DNA of 64,000 nucleotides, from contig OX597823.1 of NCBI GenBank assembly GCA_951406725.2, positions 8,122,001 through 8,186,000 on the forward strand, in the 5' to 3' direction. Positions 40,889-56,180 of the stretch are shown one piece after another. Source of the DNA: Octopus vulgaris. Its lineage: Eukaryota. The number at the start of each line of letters is the position of its first letter. Within the stretch, counting starts at the first letter, position 1. The translations under genes were made by a program, and so were the position numbers. The notes beneath the pieces were generated by a model. The model made no database searches and was not told the origin of the DNA. It was given only the letters and a program-made list of their open reading frames with translations.

Positions 40889-41212
40889 GAAGAAAAAAAA
40901 AATCCTTTCTATTATGGGCACAAGGCCTTAAATTTTTGTGGAGGGGGTTAAGTCAATTACATCGACTCGAGTACTCAACTGGCACTTCTTTTATCCACCC
41001 CGAAAGGATGAAAGGCAAAAATCTTTTGAACTTAGAACGTAAAGACGGATGAAATGCCGCGAAGCATTTTGCCCGGCGTGCTAACGATTCTTATTTCTTT
41101 ATTGTCCACAAGGGTCTAAACATAGAGGGGACAAACAAGGATAGACAAAGGGACTAAGTCGATTAAATCGACCCCAGTGCGTAACTGGTACTTAATTTAT
41201 CGACCCCGGAAG
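40601..41212 (-). mobile_element. Tandem cluster of three SINE family C copies with a (TAA)n tract
   Basis: Copies at 40601-40819 (C2 tail), 40903-41090 (C2 tail) and 41092-41212 (C1 tail, truncated); (taa)n at 40823-40886. Confidence 0.85.
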
Positions 41213-41513
41213 TACTTCAAGTACTCAGGTACGAACCAACCTAGAAATATTTAGGTAAAATCTCACTCAAATCACACGTTACCGTCTTAGAATAACAACA
41301 AAAGCAACGACCATCACCCGTCAAATTCCTACCCAGTATCGCAATTTCTGATGTAAACTCCTTTATACATATAAAGGTAGTTATCTTGACTAAGCCGACA
41401 GATTCAGCCGAAATTACTGTGGACTTAATATTACTGTGGACTTGACTAATTCGTTAATTAATTACGTACACAGAAATGTCCCTTTGCTAAACGCCATCAA
41501 CATTTATTCAGTA

Positions 41514-41895
41514 CTAGCAGTATCGCCCGGCGTTGCTCGGGTTTGTTTCGACTCTTTAGAATTGCAATTTTTGAAAAGTAAAACTTTGCATTATGTATCT
41601 TGTTATTCTCTTTAAGTGAACCTTTTTCTGGTTGAAATACACCGAAAAATGGCGACACAGCAGTAAAAAAAATCATAAAAATAGGGATTTTCATAGAAAA
41701 AAAAGCACCTTTTTGATGTAAATAATTTTTGGTGTTAACATGGTACGATTTTAATTTTTTCTTCTACGGAAGGAAGAGCAAGTCTTCTATCATACTCTCA
41801 ATTTTCGTCAACTTGCGCCGCAGGGTCTCGGAGGAGAAAGTGTTAGTTGAAGGCTACCAAACCTGCCACACACAGACAACTTCAGCTTTATATAT
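41514..41895 (-). mobile_element. Non-autonomous Helitron, second subfamily
   Basis: Same ~34-bp 3' end (aaacccgagcaacgccgggcgatactgctag) as 53641-54035 but a different interior. Confidence 0.82.
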
Positions 41896-43388
41896 ATAAT
41901 ATATATATATTTGAGATGTGTAAAGTTAAAGTGAAACCAGTGTAAATGTAACAGAATATATTTTAAACAGAAATCAGAATACATACATATGCGTTTTTTC
42001 TTTTTATCTCACTCAGAAACATCAATTTCAATTTAAACGGTTGACTATATAATGAGCGTATTTTCAATTAGTCATGATATTTATTAATGGCTTCCGCTTT
42101 TAAGAGTGAGCAAGTAAAAAGAAATTTGAACACTTGAACACTTGATGAAAAACACTTGAACACTTGATGAAAAAATCTTCAGTCACGTGTTTCTTGAAAA
42201 CCTTTTAGAAAAGTAGCAAAAAAAAAAAAAGAAAAAATTTTCTTGTGAAGATTTCTTGTAAAGATAATGTTTACGAATACTATTTCAAACGCGTTGAAGC
42301 GATATCTTGAGCTAATAGATTTAATCCTTTGAAATAATGCATCAAATAAATAACTATATATTATCCTATCTTAAAAAAAAGTAAAAAACATGGATCAGTT
42401 TTTGCATGAGAGACATTAGTTAATTATAACTGTAATTTGACAATCTTTGAAAATTACACATTTAATTAATCTTTCTGTAGCAATCCCGTTAATTTGTATT
42501 AACTTGAACACACTTTTACCCTCGGAATCAAAAACACACATACATGCATATGTATTACACACAAACAAACGTTCATACATGCTTGCATTAATGCATGCAA
42601 CCGTCCATCCAACTAGCAAGCCATACAAACAATCATGTTCGCCTATCGGAGCGAAGAGGATCATTTAGTCATCCTTAAGGATGACTGAAGATTTACACAG
42701 TGACTTTGTTGAATGTGAAGAAGAGCTTCAAATCGTCAAGCTCACTCTGTCGTCCGTAACCTTCTTCAAGACGACTGGGCTGGGGGCGGACATAGTGGTT
42801 GAACAAGATGTCTTACTTGCCTCATCTAGCTCTCTGGACACCACAATGTATTACTGCAACCACCTTCCTCTCTGTTGATTCATAAAGGTTCCTACCCCAG
42901 AGTCTACTGGACCCAGTCTTCACTTGCATAGGCAGGCAAGCCCTAATATGCTATTGAACTCATAACAGGGACCCTGACTGGTGCTATTACTCTGGGTCAG
43001 AGTAGACCAAGAAACAATAATGGCTAAAAAGCAGTGTCACCTTCTTCAAAATCCTGGCGCATGCATACATACATACATACATACATACATACATACATAC
43101 ATACATACATACATAGCAACCTACATATATGCCGACCCGCATACATACATATCAACGTACATACATTTCAAAATCAGAATTTGAAAACAATCCTGATTTC
43201 TTTACAGAATCCAAGCCGGCCACTAATAAAGTGATTAAATCAAGAAAACTCTTCGGGGTTTATGGATATCTGAATTGGTTGGTGTAAGCATATATGTGCC
43301 TGTGTCTGCTTATGCGTGCGTGAGACAAACTTGCACTCATATAGTGGATGTGCATTTCCTTTTAATGCACATGCCTATGTGCTTATTG

Positions 43389-43436
<48 letters not shown>

Positions 43437-43480
43437 GTTTAAATATTTGTTGTGCAATATGACCATTCCGAAATATAACA

Positions 43481-43551
<71 letters not shown>

Positions 43552-43555
<4 letters not shown>

Positions 43556-43760
43556 AAAGTGAAAGGGGTACAGTGGACTTGCCATGAGGAGTAGAATAGC
43601 CAACGTTTCGGATGTGGTCCTTCGTCAAGAGGTAGAGAAAATGAGAAGTTGAGAAGAAAGACAAACAGGGTTTTGCCTCCTCTCAGCTTGAAAAACTGGT
43701 TGCAACTGATAATGGACGAGGAATTACACGCAGAATAACAAAAGTTATAGAAGAAGGCGT
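43552..43760 (-). mobile_element. PLE-type terminal fragment with degenerate minimal hammerhead
   Basis: Minus strand ttgacga-aGGA ccaca TCC-gaaacgtt near 43602-43628; bounded by (TG)n and (GATA)n. Confidence 0.5.
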
Positions 43761-43869
43761 GCAGATAGACAGACACACAGACAGATAGATATAGATAGAT
43801 AGATAGATAATTAAATTAGGCAGCATTTTAGCAAGGTAACACCAAAAAGGAAGATTATAATTGTCATTA

Positions 43870-44325
43870 AAAATGTCAGAGTGTATTAGAAACACCCACG
43901 ATGCTAGAAATAAGAGCTAAAGTGCTCTGACGCTGCAATCAACGCTCATAATTGAATAACGGCTGTAATCGGCAGTTCTAATGTCTGTATATCGTCGGCG
44001 GTTTCGGTTTTAAGAACGGAGCCTCTTCAGTAGGGTCGGTACAACTCGCCAGATTCCGGATAAAATCGCCGCCAATGCATATGTATACTCCATAAAAATC
44101 TATGGATGATTTAGCGAATCGCTAATGTGTATACTAATAATTAAATTAAGCACATTAGAGATTCGCTAAACCATCCATAGATTTTTATGGAGTATACATA
44201 TGTATTGGTGGCGATCTTATACGGAATCTGGCGCGTTTTACCGACCCTACTGAAGAGGCTTCGGTCTTAAAGCTGAAACCATCGACGGTATAAGGATATT
44301 ACAACTGACGATTTCGGCCGTTTAC
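43870..44325. mobile_element. Fold-back of a hammerhead-bearing repeat (~170-bp arms)
   Basis: Arms about 43958-44129 and 44151-44322 with a 21-nt spacer; each arm carries a CUGAAGA...GAAAC motif. Confidence 0.85.
44245..44295 (+). ncRNA. Type I hammerhead ribozyme with intact core
   Basis: CCcTA-ctgaaga-GGCTT cggtctta AAGCT-gaa-ACC atcgac GGT-a-TAaGG: full CUGANGA/GAAA/GUA core with one mismatch in stem I. Confidence 0.8.
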
Positions 44326-45291
44326 GGTGGCTGTCAGTATGTTCATTTTCGTTTCACTTATGCAAATTGCCCATGCCATCCATGAAGCAAAAATACAAGT
44401 ACACGACTATCTTCTTGTCCCCAGAAATCAAACATATCTTTTCCTTAATGATATATCCCTTTTGAAGAATTTTTGGTTCTTGAGACTATCTTCATTTTTA
44501 AATGAATAATTTATCTTGTATGGTGTTTAATACACTCTTATTCGTATTTACTCTCACTCTCCCTCTCTCTATCTTTCACACACACAGACACACACATGCG
44601 CGCGCGCGCGCACACACACACACACACCAGTTTCTTCGTTGCCTCGTATAAGGATATATTATTGCAGATGTTGACTTTTATCTCATTATATTCTGGTATA
44701 GAATACTAATATCAAATCAGTGTAACAATCTACAATGTGAACATCGATATCAACTTTCTAATAATTTAAGAAATTGTTTATTTGTTGGCAACTTACTGCA
44801 GCTGTCTTCAGCAGAATCATCAGCTTAAAAAATATGTGGCATAAACAAGTAATCAACATCAGCGACAAAGATAGATAGTATTGGTGTGTTTCTGTGAAAC
44901 GGTTTACATAATTTACACTGAAAACAGTATTTGCTTAGCATTCGACATGTTTTATGCAAATCAACCTTGATTTGAAATTGATTTTATTCTAGAAGTTGTT
45001 TACACAGTATATTTAATAGCTTATCAAGTAAGACTTGTTATTGCTTGTTCCTTCTCTTACATCGTTCTTTTCTTTTCTTTTCGCACTTCTGATTACCATT
45101 GCCATTATTACGAATGTCATAACATATAAATAGAAAAAAAACTTCACAGATTACCAGCAGAATATGTTTCGTCTCACTCACGAACTAAAGCCAGTGTAAA
45201 AAGCAAAATACACTCCAAATCCGCCTACACAAAAACAGAAACGCATTCAGAATCTCTTTGGTTTCCTGTACGCTTGAATATATTTACTACT

Positions 45292-45682
45292 GGGATGGAA
45301 GCACTCCGTCGGTTACGACGACGAGGGTTCCGGTTGATCCGAATCAACGGAACAGCCTGCTCGTGAAATTAACGTGTAAGTGGCTGAGCACTCCACAGAC
45401 AAGTGTACCCTTAACGTAGTTCTCGGGGATATTCAGCGTGACAAAGAGAGTGACAAGGCCGGCCCCTTTGAAATACAGGTACAACAGAAACAGGAAGTAA
45501 GTGTGAGAGAAAGTTGTGGTGAAAGAGTACAGCAGGGATCACCACCATCCCCTGCCAGAGCCTCGTGAAGCTTTAGGTGTTTTCGCTCAATAAATACTCA
45601 CAACGCCCGGTCTGGGAATCGAAACCGCGATCCTATGACCGCGAGTCCGCTGCCCTAACCACTGGGCCATTGCGCCTCCACT
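45292..45682 (-). mobile_element. SINE family B1 flanked by a ~116-bp direct duplication
   Basis: Full-length B1; flanks 45176-45291 and 45683-45799 are near-identical. Confidence 0.93.
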
Positions 45683-46108
45683 ACTTACGAACTAAGGCCA
45701 GTGTAAAAAGCAAAATACACTCCAAATCCGCCTACACAAAAAACAGAAACGCACTCAGAATCTCTTTGGTTTCCTGTATGCTTGAATATATTTACTACTA
45801 CTCATATGGACTCTTAATCATACGAGTCCATAATGGAGCATCTATGTGGCAACTCAATCTGTAGGAACAGCAAACTATTTCTCAGTTTGAAACGTCATTT
45901 ATAACACGATAAGAAGTTTTTAATTTTAGTATTTTTTAGCATGTCATTATTATTATTAAATTGTGATTGGTTGAAATGTATTTTGTCTTTTTTTAACGAG
46001 TTCGTTTGGTTTGCATGTCCATTTACGCTACATCTGGTTTGCCTTTGATTCACATAATGTATTCTGTGTGGCTTGTTTATCCTCAATATGCGAATTGACT
46101 GACATAAT

Positions 46109-46411
46109 TGTTTGTTCCTTCTTGAGCCATGCCTGCCTCATAAGAGCCGGTTTCCCGGTTTCCTTGGCGCATAGGTTCCCCACCTGGATGGAACGCCGGT
46201 CCGTCGCAGGTGAGCTGCAAGATGCAGGAGGAAAGAGTGGGAGAAAGTTGTGACGAAAGAGTTAGTAGAAGTTCGCCATTACCTTCTGCTGGAGCCGCGT
46301 GGAGCTTAGGTGTTTCGCTCATAAACACACACATCGCCCGGTCTGAGATTCGAACCCGCGATCCCTCTACCGCGAGTCCGCTGGTCTAACCACTAGGCCA
46401 TGTGCCTCCAC
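46109..46411 (-). mobile_element. SINE family B3
   Basis: Matches 33247-33555. 12-bp TSD gactgacataat at 46097-46108 and 46412-46423. Confidence 0.92.
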
Positions 46412-47124
46412 GACTGACATAATAACTATGCTGAATTTGTTTTTGTATTGTTCTGAGCTTGGTCAATTAGGCTGTTTGCGTACTTGATTAGTTTTTTTTT
46501 ATTCAGTATAATTCCTTGTGCGGTATTTCGTTTGCAGATAAGAGTCTGAATGTTCTAAGTTGAAATTTTGCTTGTGACATTTTGTATCTGTATGGACAAT
46601 CGTAGTCTCCGTGTAAATTTGTTGCTTTGTTCCTTCTAATATCATGTGTTTGGAGATATTCTGTGTAGGTGTATTAATTTGCGAAAATATGGGTTGGAGA
46701 TATGGTTGTTCTGGAATGAGTTTCTGTAGTTCTATAAATAAATGCTAAAATAAATTCTATTTCCGCATTCGTAGCAGTAATAAATAAATAATTATTGGCT
46801 ATTGTTGCCTTAGTGAATCCTTACATTTTTGTATTAACATTAAACAGATCGCTAATTTGTGTGATACGAAATCAAATCCATCATAAATCGAAGAATAATA
46901 TGCCTAATGACGCTGCTTGAACCAGGAACCAGGATCCAGGAATCCATTGTGTGTCAAGTAACTGCATTAGTGTTTACATAAGACTGAGATTATTGGTCAG
47001 TAACTTTGCTCTCACAACTGGATATTTCTACTGAGATCCATCAGAAAACTATCACCCTTTCATGAGACGCTTTCTATGTGAACACTACTTCGAGTTGAAA
47101 AGGAAAAAAATATATTCTATAATA

Positions 47125-48385
<1,261 letters not shown>

Positions 48386-48793
48386 ATAATTGAGGTTGTT
48401 AATTTATCATCGAATCAAGATGTAATACCTTTCTATGTTCGGACATTAGTAAATGTCGACTATCTTACTAGATGGCTGTAGAAATTGTAATCCTGTAGTT
48501 GGACATTTTACATTTCAAAACAACAGGGTGAAACTGGATAGAGTGTGATTAGTAACGCAGCCAAAAACCACATATCTATTGATACGTGGTTTAAGCCCTG
48601 TCAATAAATTTTACGTGTCAAATTAATGCCTAGATGGGTGTAAAATTTCTGGCTTCTATTTCAAAATATTACCCTTCATTTAAATGTGTGTATACATACA
48701 CACACATATGCATCATCTTTTGAAATTTACTATCAGAAAATTGCAATTTTCTTTAACATTTTTGTATTGTCTACTTAAATGGGTATTATTGTG

Positions 48794-49150
48794 ATAAACT
48801 TAGAGAAACTTAGATATGTTTCGACCAAAGATTGGTCCAGGCCATGTCTAACTTAATAGCACCACCTGATAGGATTATTCGAATCCTGTTTGAGTCAAGT
48901 TTTGTTTATGGTCCATTCAAGTAGTGAGTTCTTGTTGGGTGAGTTGTATCCAATTATGGGTGGCTTATCTGATATTCTTTGAAGGAATCTATCCAGACTC
49001 CGTTTAAAGTTGATGGGATCCTTTTCCTCTTTGATCTCCCTCGGGACAATGTTAAATAGGGCAGGGCCTGTTGAGGAAAAGAAATTATGTTGCAGTGTAC
49101 ATGTATGCTGTGATCTTGAATTGGGCAGGGGACGTATGGCCCGTGGTCCC
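48794..49150 (-). mobile_element. CR1-like LINE 3' end
   Basis: GPALFNIVPREIK..FKRSLDRFLQRISDKPPI.GY; 3' UTR hairpin and a repeated ctaagtt tail. Confidence 0.85.
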
Positions 49151-49494
49151 AAGAAAGAAAGAAAGAAAAAAAAAAGAAAGAAAGCGCAGTATCCTTTTTA
49201 CATTTTCAGAAGTTTTACAATCAGGGTTTACACATTTGTCTTCAGCATTTCATTATCTATTATATTTCGTAAATGTTACTTATAATAAAAGATATTTTGT
49301 TTGTCACGTTGAACTGAATATATTACTATTTAAATTTTATTATTTGCCATATTGGAAGGAGACATTCCAGGTTCGCTCCAACTAAGAAAGAAGATGCTTT
49401 TATGTGTGAGAAATCTTATTTTTTGCTTCTCTTTGTTGTTATTGTTGCTGTTACTATTGCCGTTCTTGTTTAACTACGAGTTAATCCTGATCCT

Positions 49495-49880
49495 TGGAGG
49501 CACAATGGCCCAGTGGTTAGGGCAGCGGACTCGCGGTCGTAGGATCGCGGTTTCGATTCCCAGACCGGGCGTTGTGAGTGTTTATTGAGCGAAAATACCT
49601 AAAGCTCCATGAGGCTCCGGCAGGGGATGGTGGTGATCCCTGCTGTACTCTTTCACCACAACTTTCTCTCACTCTTACTTCCTGTTTCTGTTGTACCTGT
49701 ATTTCAAAGGGGCCACCCTTGTCACTCTCTGTGTCACGCTGAATATCCCCGAGAATTACGTTAAAGGTACACGTGTCTGTGGAGTGCTCAGCCACTTACA
49801 CGCTAATTTCACGAGCAGGCTGTTCCGTTGATTCGGATCAACCGGAACCCTCGTCGTCGTAACCGACGGAGTGCTTCCAT
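49495..49880 (+). mobile_element. SINE family B1, full length
   Basis: tggaggcacaatggcccagtgg through cgacggagtgcttccat. Confidence 0.93.
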
Positions 49881-50039
49881 GTAGGAGTACAATATCCAAT
49901 GTACCCAGAGAGAGCCAGATTAAGTTCTGGTAGCATGTGATTATAACTCAGATTTCAATATAATTCAATCTTGATTTCTTCTATACACTGTTGCAATCCT
50001 TTGTTTTCTGAGTTCCAATTCTGTTGGAGTTGGACCTCG

Positions 50040-50300
50040 CTGACCTTTCTATCGCTACTATAATGGCTTCTGTTTCCTGGAGTTGGCTGGTCTCATTCTA
50101 ATTCCATCCAGGAAGTACCGACTCACTCGTTTCTCCATCTCTAGTTGCCCTTGTTGCGTCCATCCCCTGCCAAAGCTCCGCGCTTCCCACTATAGCAAGG
50201 CGTTTCTCCCTAGAACATCGACTCACTGGAATCTTCTCGGTACTCCTGTCCATCCTGCTGGCTTGACCTGCAACAGTTTATACACAACATTAACAGAATG
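50040..50300 (+). mobile_element. LINE (CR1/Jockey-group) ORF2 C-terminal fragment
   Basis: FYRYYNGFC..ELAGLI..R.TR..HYSKAFLPRTSTHWNLL. Confidence 0.7.
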
Positions 50301-51050
50301 AAGCATCACTGATACCGGAAGGTCTACAATCATGTAGAAGCCTAATTGAGAAGCCTACAAACAGGAAGTAAAATTTTAAAATATCTCACCTTGGTCAATT
50401 TTCTTTTTCGTCCCTGAAAAATCAATAAAATAATATGCTACTCAAGTACTGAGGTCAATTTTATCGATTGTACTCTTTCCGTCAAACTGCAGGCCTTGTG
50501 TTTATGTTAGAAACTATTTTTAAAGTATAAAAGCCATCTCAATATGGCCAACCACAAAGTGGGGGTGTTACTGTAGCTATTTAGCCCCAGGAGATCGACG
50601 TCTCCAGCTGGCTTTAGACACACTATCTGTGCCCTTCAGGTAAGATTTTCTTTAAAAAGAAAAGACGATAGTTAGGCCGTGGTTATAACTAGAGATGTTT
50701 AAAAAAAATAAAGAGAAAATTAAATAAAGAAAATAAAATTACAAGTGCTGTTGGTAAGTGTTGAGAGTATTTTATGCAGTAATGGTTCCAAAAGATAAGT
50801 TTGGAAAGAATATTAACGGTAATCCAGAAGACCTAAACATTTGAAGAAAAACATTTTAAAATCAATAATGGAAATATAGATTCTGTCCTATTTAACAGAG
50901 CATTTTGTTTTACAGATGGATAACTGATACACATGCAAGTGTAAATAAATGGTAAATATACGCGGGTGCGCACGCACGCACATACACACATACACACTAC
51001 ATACGCGCATATACACACGTTCACATACGCAAAAACACACACGTGTATAC

Positions 51051-51122
<72 letters not shown>

Positions 51123-51155
51123 GTCTGTCTGTCTGTCTGTCTGTATGTCTGTCTG

Positions 51156-51256
<101 letters not shown>

Positions 51257-51321
51257 AATGCATAAATATGTATGTACACATCCATACGTATATGTACGCA
51301 CACATATGTACACATTAGTCC

Positions 51322-51420
<99 letters not shown>

Positions 51421-51513
51421 CATACATATATACATACATACACACACACACACACACATATATATATGTATGTATATATATATATATATATATATAAATA
51501 CATACATACATAT

Positions 51514-51557
<44 letters not shown>

Positions 51558-52902
51558 GTATGTATGTGTGTATGTGTGTGTGTGTGTGTGTGCGTGTATG
51601 TGTGTGTGTATAATCCTTTTTCCAACGAAAAAAAAATCCATTCTAAATTCGAAGAATGGCAATTACAGAGAACATTAGGTCGATTACACATAAAACAAGA
51701 AAAAAAAAAATGAAATTCTTTCAAATTGAATTATTGATTTGATGAAACAATATCAACTGTTAAATGCATTTTAATGGCAAACAAAATCCATTGAAATAAA
51801 ATAAAATAATATAATGTGGAAAATATCGCTGTATCTAATAAGTTTAATTTCATGTGATAATAACCGGAAGATAAAACTCAAACTTCTATTGTTGTTGTTG
51901 TTATTGATAATATTGTTATTGTTATTTTTGTTGTTGAATAAAACCATCTCATATATCGAAAAAAGTGATATTTCAGGAAAATGATTTTCGCTTTACTTTC
52001 TTTCTATATTTTGTCTGAATTCTTTTGATGACGATTAGTCTCAAGCAGAACAAGAAGAAGGAAAGACGGGAAAAGAGAAAGAAAGAAATAATAAAGATGA
52101 TGTTAAAGAGAGGGAAAAAGAGAAAAAGAAGAGTAACAGTGAGAAGAAGATATTCACATGTAATATAACCCAGAGCGAATATGTCTATGACAACATTTCT
52201 CAGTGTTGGTGTGGTTTTAAATAGAAACCGATCAGTTAAATGGCGCATAGCTTATTTTAGAATGAATTACAAGGTGTAAATCGTAGGTGTTCACTTATAT
52301 ACTTATTTAAAGGTGAAAATCTGAAATGTTAAATTGCTATTTGAAAATCTTAAAAATCTTAAAATCATAAATGCTGTAGTATCAAACTGTTTTCGTTTTA
52401 AATTTTGGTATCTCTCGCTTTTGCTGAGAGATAACGACATGAAGGATGACGCATTCCTGCTTCAAAGCTAGTTTAAGTAATCGGTTCAACTTGTTAGTCT
52501 GATTATACTTTTGGGTAGTACAATTGTGAATTCCATCCATCTATTTGAACTCAGGACTGCAAGCTAGCGAAATTTTCCCATTTGCAGAACACTCTCTTTC
52601 TTAACGGTCGAAGATAACTGTTTGCAGTTAAGCAGAGTGGCTAAATAACGATTAACTCTTCTTAGAAATGGACACTACGCAGTTTTGGTATCAATATTTA
52701 AATGGCCACTTCATTTATTAAATAGGATGAGCAACTAGAGACTAGACATATTATATTCCATATATCATTTAATTAATATTATTAAATAGAAGTATAGGTA
52801 TTTTTTCTTCCCCATTAATTCACGTACGTGCGATTTATTACTTGGAATGTTACACTTTTCATCCATTTATGCGATAATATCTCCGTGCACAAATGTGAGG
52901 TG

Positions 52903-53199
<297 letters not shown>

Positions 53200-53640
53200 T
53201 CCTGCTATTTCTTACACTTTTCCAGATTATTCCCAACGGCAACTCTCATTACTTAAATATCTCATGTATTTAAAAAATATTAATGCTAAAATATCGCTTT
53301 AACGGCCATTTGTAATCTGCTCCGCGTTATTAAAACTGATTTCTTTATTAGCCCCAAGTCCCCGTCTACCATAGCATATTAAGGATACTTTAATTTCAAT
53401 ATAATGCCTAATTTAAATACAGCAAGGTATAGTAAATGGGTGATCAAATAATACAGCATTTGTTGCTTTTTAGTTTCTTTGTTAATTCTAGCACTCGATA
53501 TTACTTAAAAGTCAGATGGTCTGTTCAACTCATAGATCAGATGAAAGGCTTCTAAGATAACGGTGTGAGACAACCCCTGATGTTTTGCAATGTTTTGATC
53601 TATGCTGTACGTTACTGAGCTCAAATTTCCCGGTATCTAA

Positions 53641-54035
53641 TCTTTATATATAAAAGAGAGGTTGTGTGCTGTCTGTCTCCTACGATTTAGATTCCTAACT
53701 ACTCCCACATTTTGCGGTGCAGTTTAACCAAAACCGGGTATTTTATAGTCGTGATTCATATCGAGCCCTTCTGGGTATTAGCACGCGTCTACGATGAGTC
53801 TACGATTAAAAAAACAATACCATCAATTTTTCTCATTTTTAATGCATTTTTGGCATATATAAGGGAAGTAACTCTCTAAAAATGTATTATTAAATCTCAG
53901 AACGTAAAAAGCTACAGTAACACCACCCCCTTTGTGGTTAGCCATATTGAGATGGCTATTATACTTTACATCTCTAAAAATGCTTATATAGTTATTTCCC
54001 TTACAAACCCGAGCAACGCCGGGCGATACTGCTAG
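53641..54035 (+). mobile_element. Non-autonomous Helitron
   Basis: A|TCTTTATATATAAAA start, 3' hairpin cccgagcaacgccggg, CTAG|T end. Confidence 0.9.
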
Positions 54036-54529
54036 TTCTATATAACCTCGTTTCAGGAATATCTTGTTAAGAATCGCTATTATATTGAGATCAGAGCATT
54101 CGGCTATACACATAAACACACGTATATTGTAGTGCTGGATCGCTATCGTTTGACGATGAAAATACAGTTGTTCGATAAACTGATATAGCTCCTCCTGAAC
54201 TTTGATATATGTTTCCGAATATTCCACATATATGGATGTCCAGGGTGTAATTCTCAAGTAGAAACAGTGTGACAAAAATCGGTGGCGTGGCTGTGCTTTT
54301 TGAATTATAGATATAATCCATCTAACGGGCTTCTATAGAATTTCCAATCAAAGCTCACTCTCAAGCCATAGACCGACCCCACCACACAAACAAACATACA
54401 CACACACAAATACATACACACATATGCACACACACACACAAACACGCGCACACTCATGTATGTATAATCTCTCTCTCTCTCTATCTATCTATCTAGTAAC
54501 ATGTAACAATAATGTGGTAACATGTAACA

Positions 54530-55264
<735 letters not shown>

Positions 55265-55954
55265 CACACACACACACAGACACACACACACATATACACA
55301 CACATGTATCACCTTGTTGCTATGTTTGCAACATAATTTTGGTCATCATCAATTTATCTGGTGCACTAATACTTAGCAACAGGACCTCCGTAATGCTATG
55401 ATGGACCGTGAAGTCTGGCGTAACATAGTAAATTCCATTGTCTCGACCACGGTCGAACAATGATGATGATGAATACTTCAGCGTATGAATGACCCAATTT
55501 CCAAAAGTCTCCCTTAGAATGTAACGTAACAAAACAAAACACCGCAAGGAATTTTGTTCATCACATCATTATTAATTCTGTCATCTATTGGTTTACATAA
55601 TTTATTGATACAGTATTTTCAAGGGATATCGTTACTAGAAATGATGGACGAATGTCTTGCCGATTTTTTTTACATTTTGAGTTAAAATCTCACGAGGGAA
55701 ATCTCTTCTGTTAATATTTCTCTCCTAGTTGAAAATAATGGAACGTTGTGTTGTTGGTTTGTAACATAGACAGAAAACGATAGATTTAGGTGAACTGTAA
55801 CGTCCATTACTATGTGTGTATGTATGTATGTATGTATGTATGTATGTATGTATGTATGTATGTATGTGTATGTATGTATGTATGTGTATATGTGTGTATG
55901 TATGTATGCATACGTGCAAATTTGTATGTTTCGTTTTATGATGGTACACACATA

Positions 55955-56180
55955 TACTCTTTTACTTGTTTCAGTCATTTGACTGCGGCCATGCTGGAGC
56001 ACCGCCTTTAGTCGAGCAAATCGACCCCGGGACTTATTCTTTGTAAGCCCAGTACTTATTCTATCGGTCTCTTTTTGCCGAACCGCTAAGTGACGGGGAC
56101 GTAAACACACCAGCATCGGTTGTCAAGCAATGCTAGGGGGACAAGCACAGACACACAAACACACCATATATATATATATC
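55955..56180 (-). mobile_element. SINE family A, 5'-truncated at the internal microsatellite
   Basis: 3' half only, close to consensus. Confidence 0.9.
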
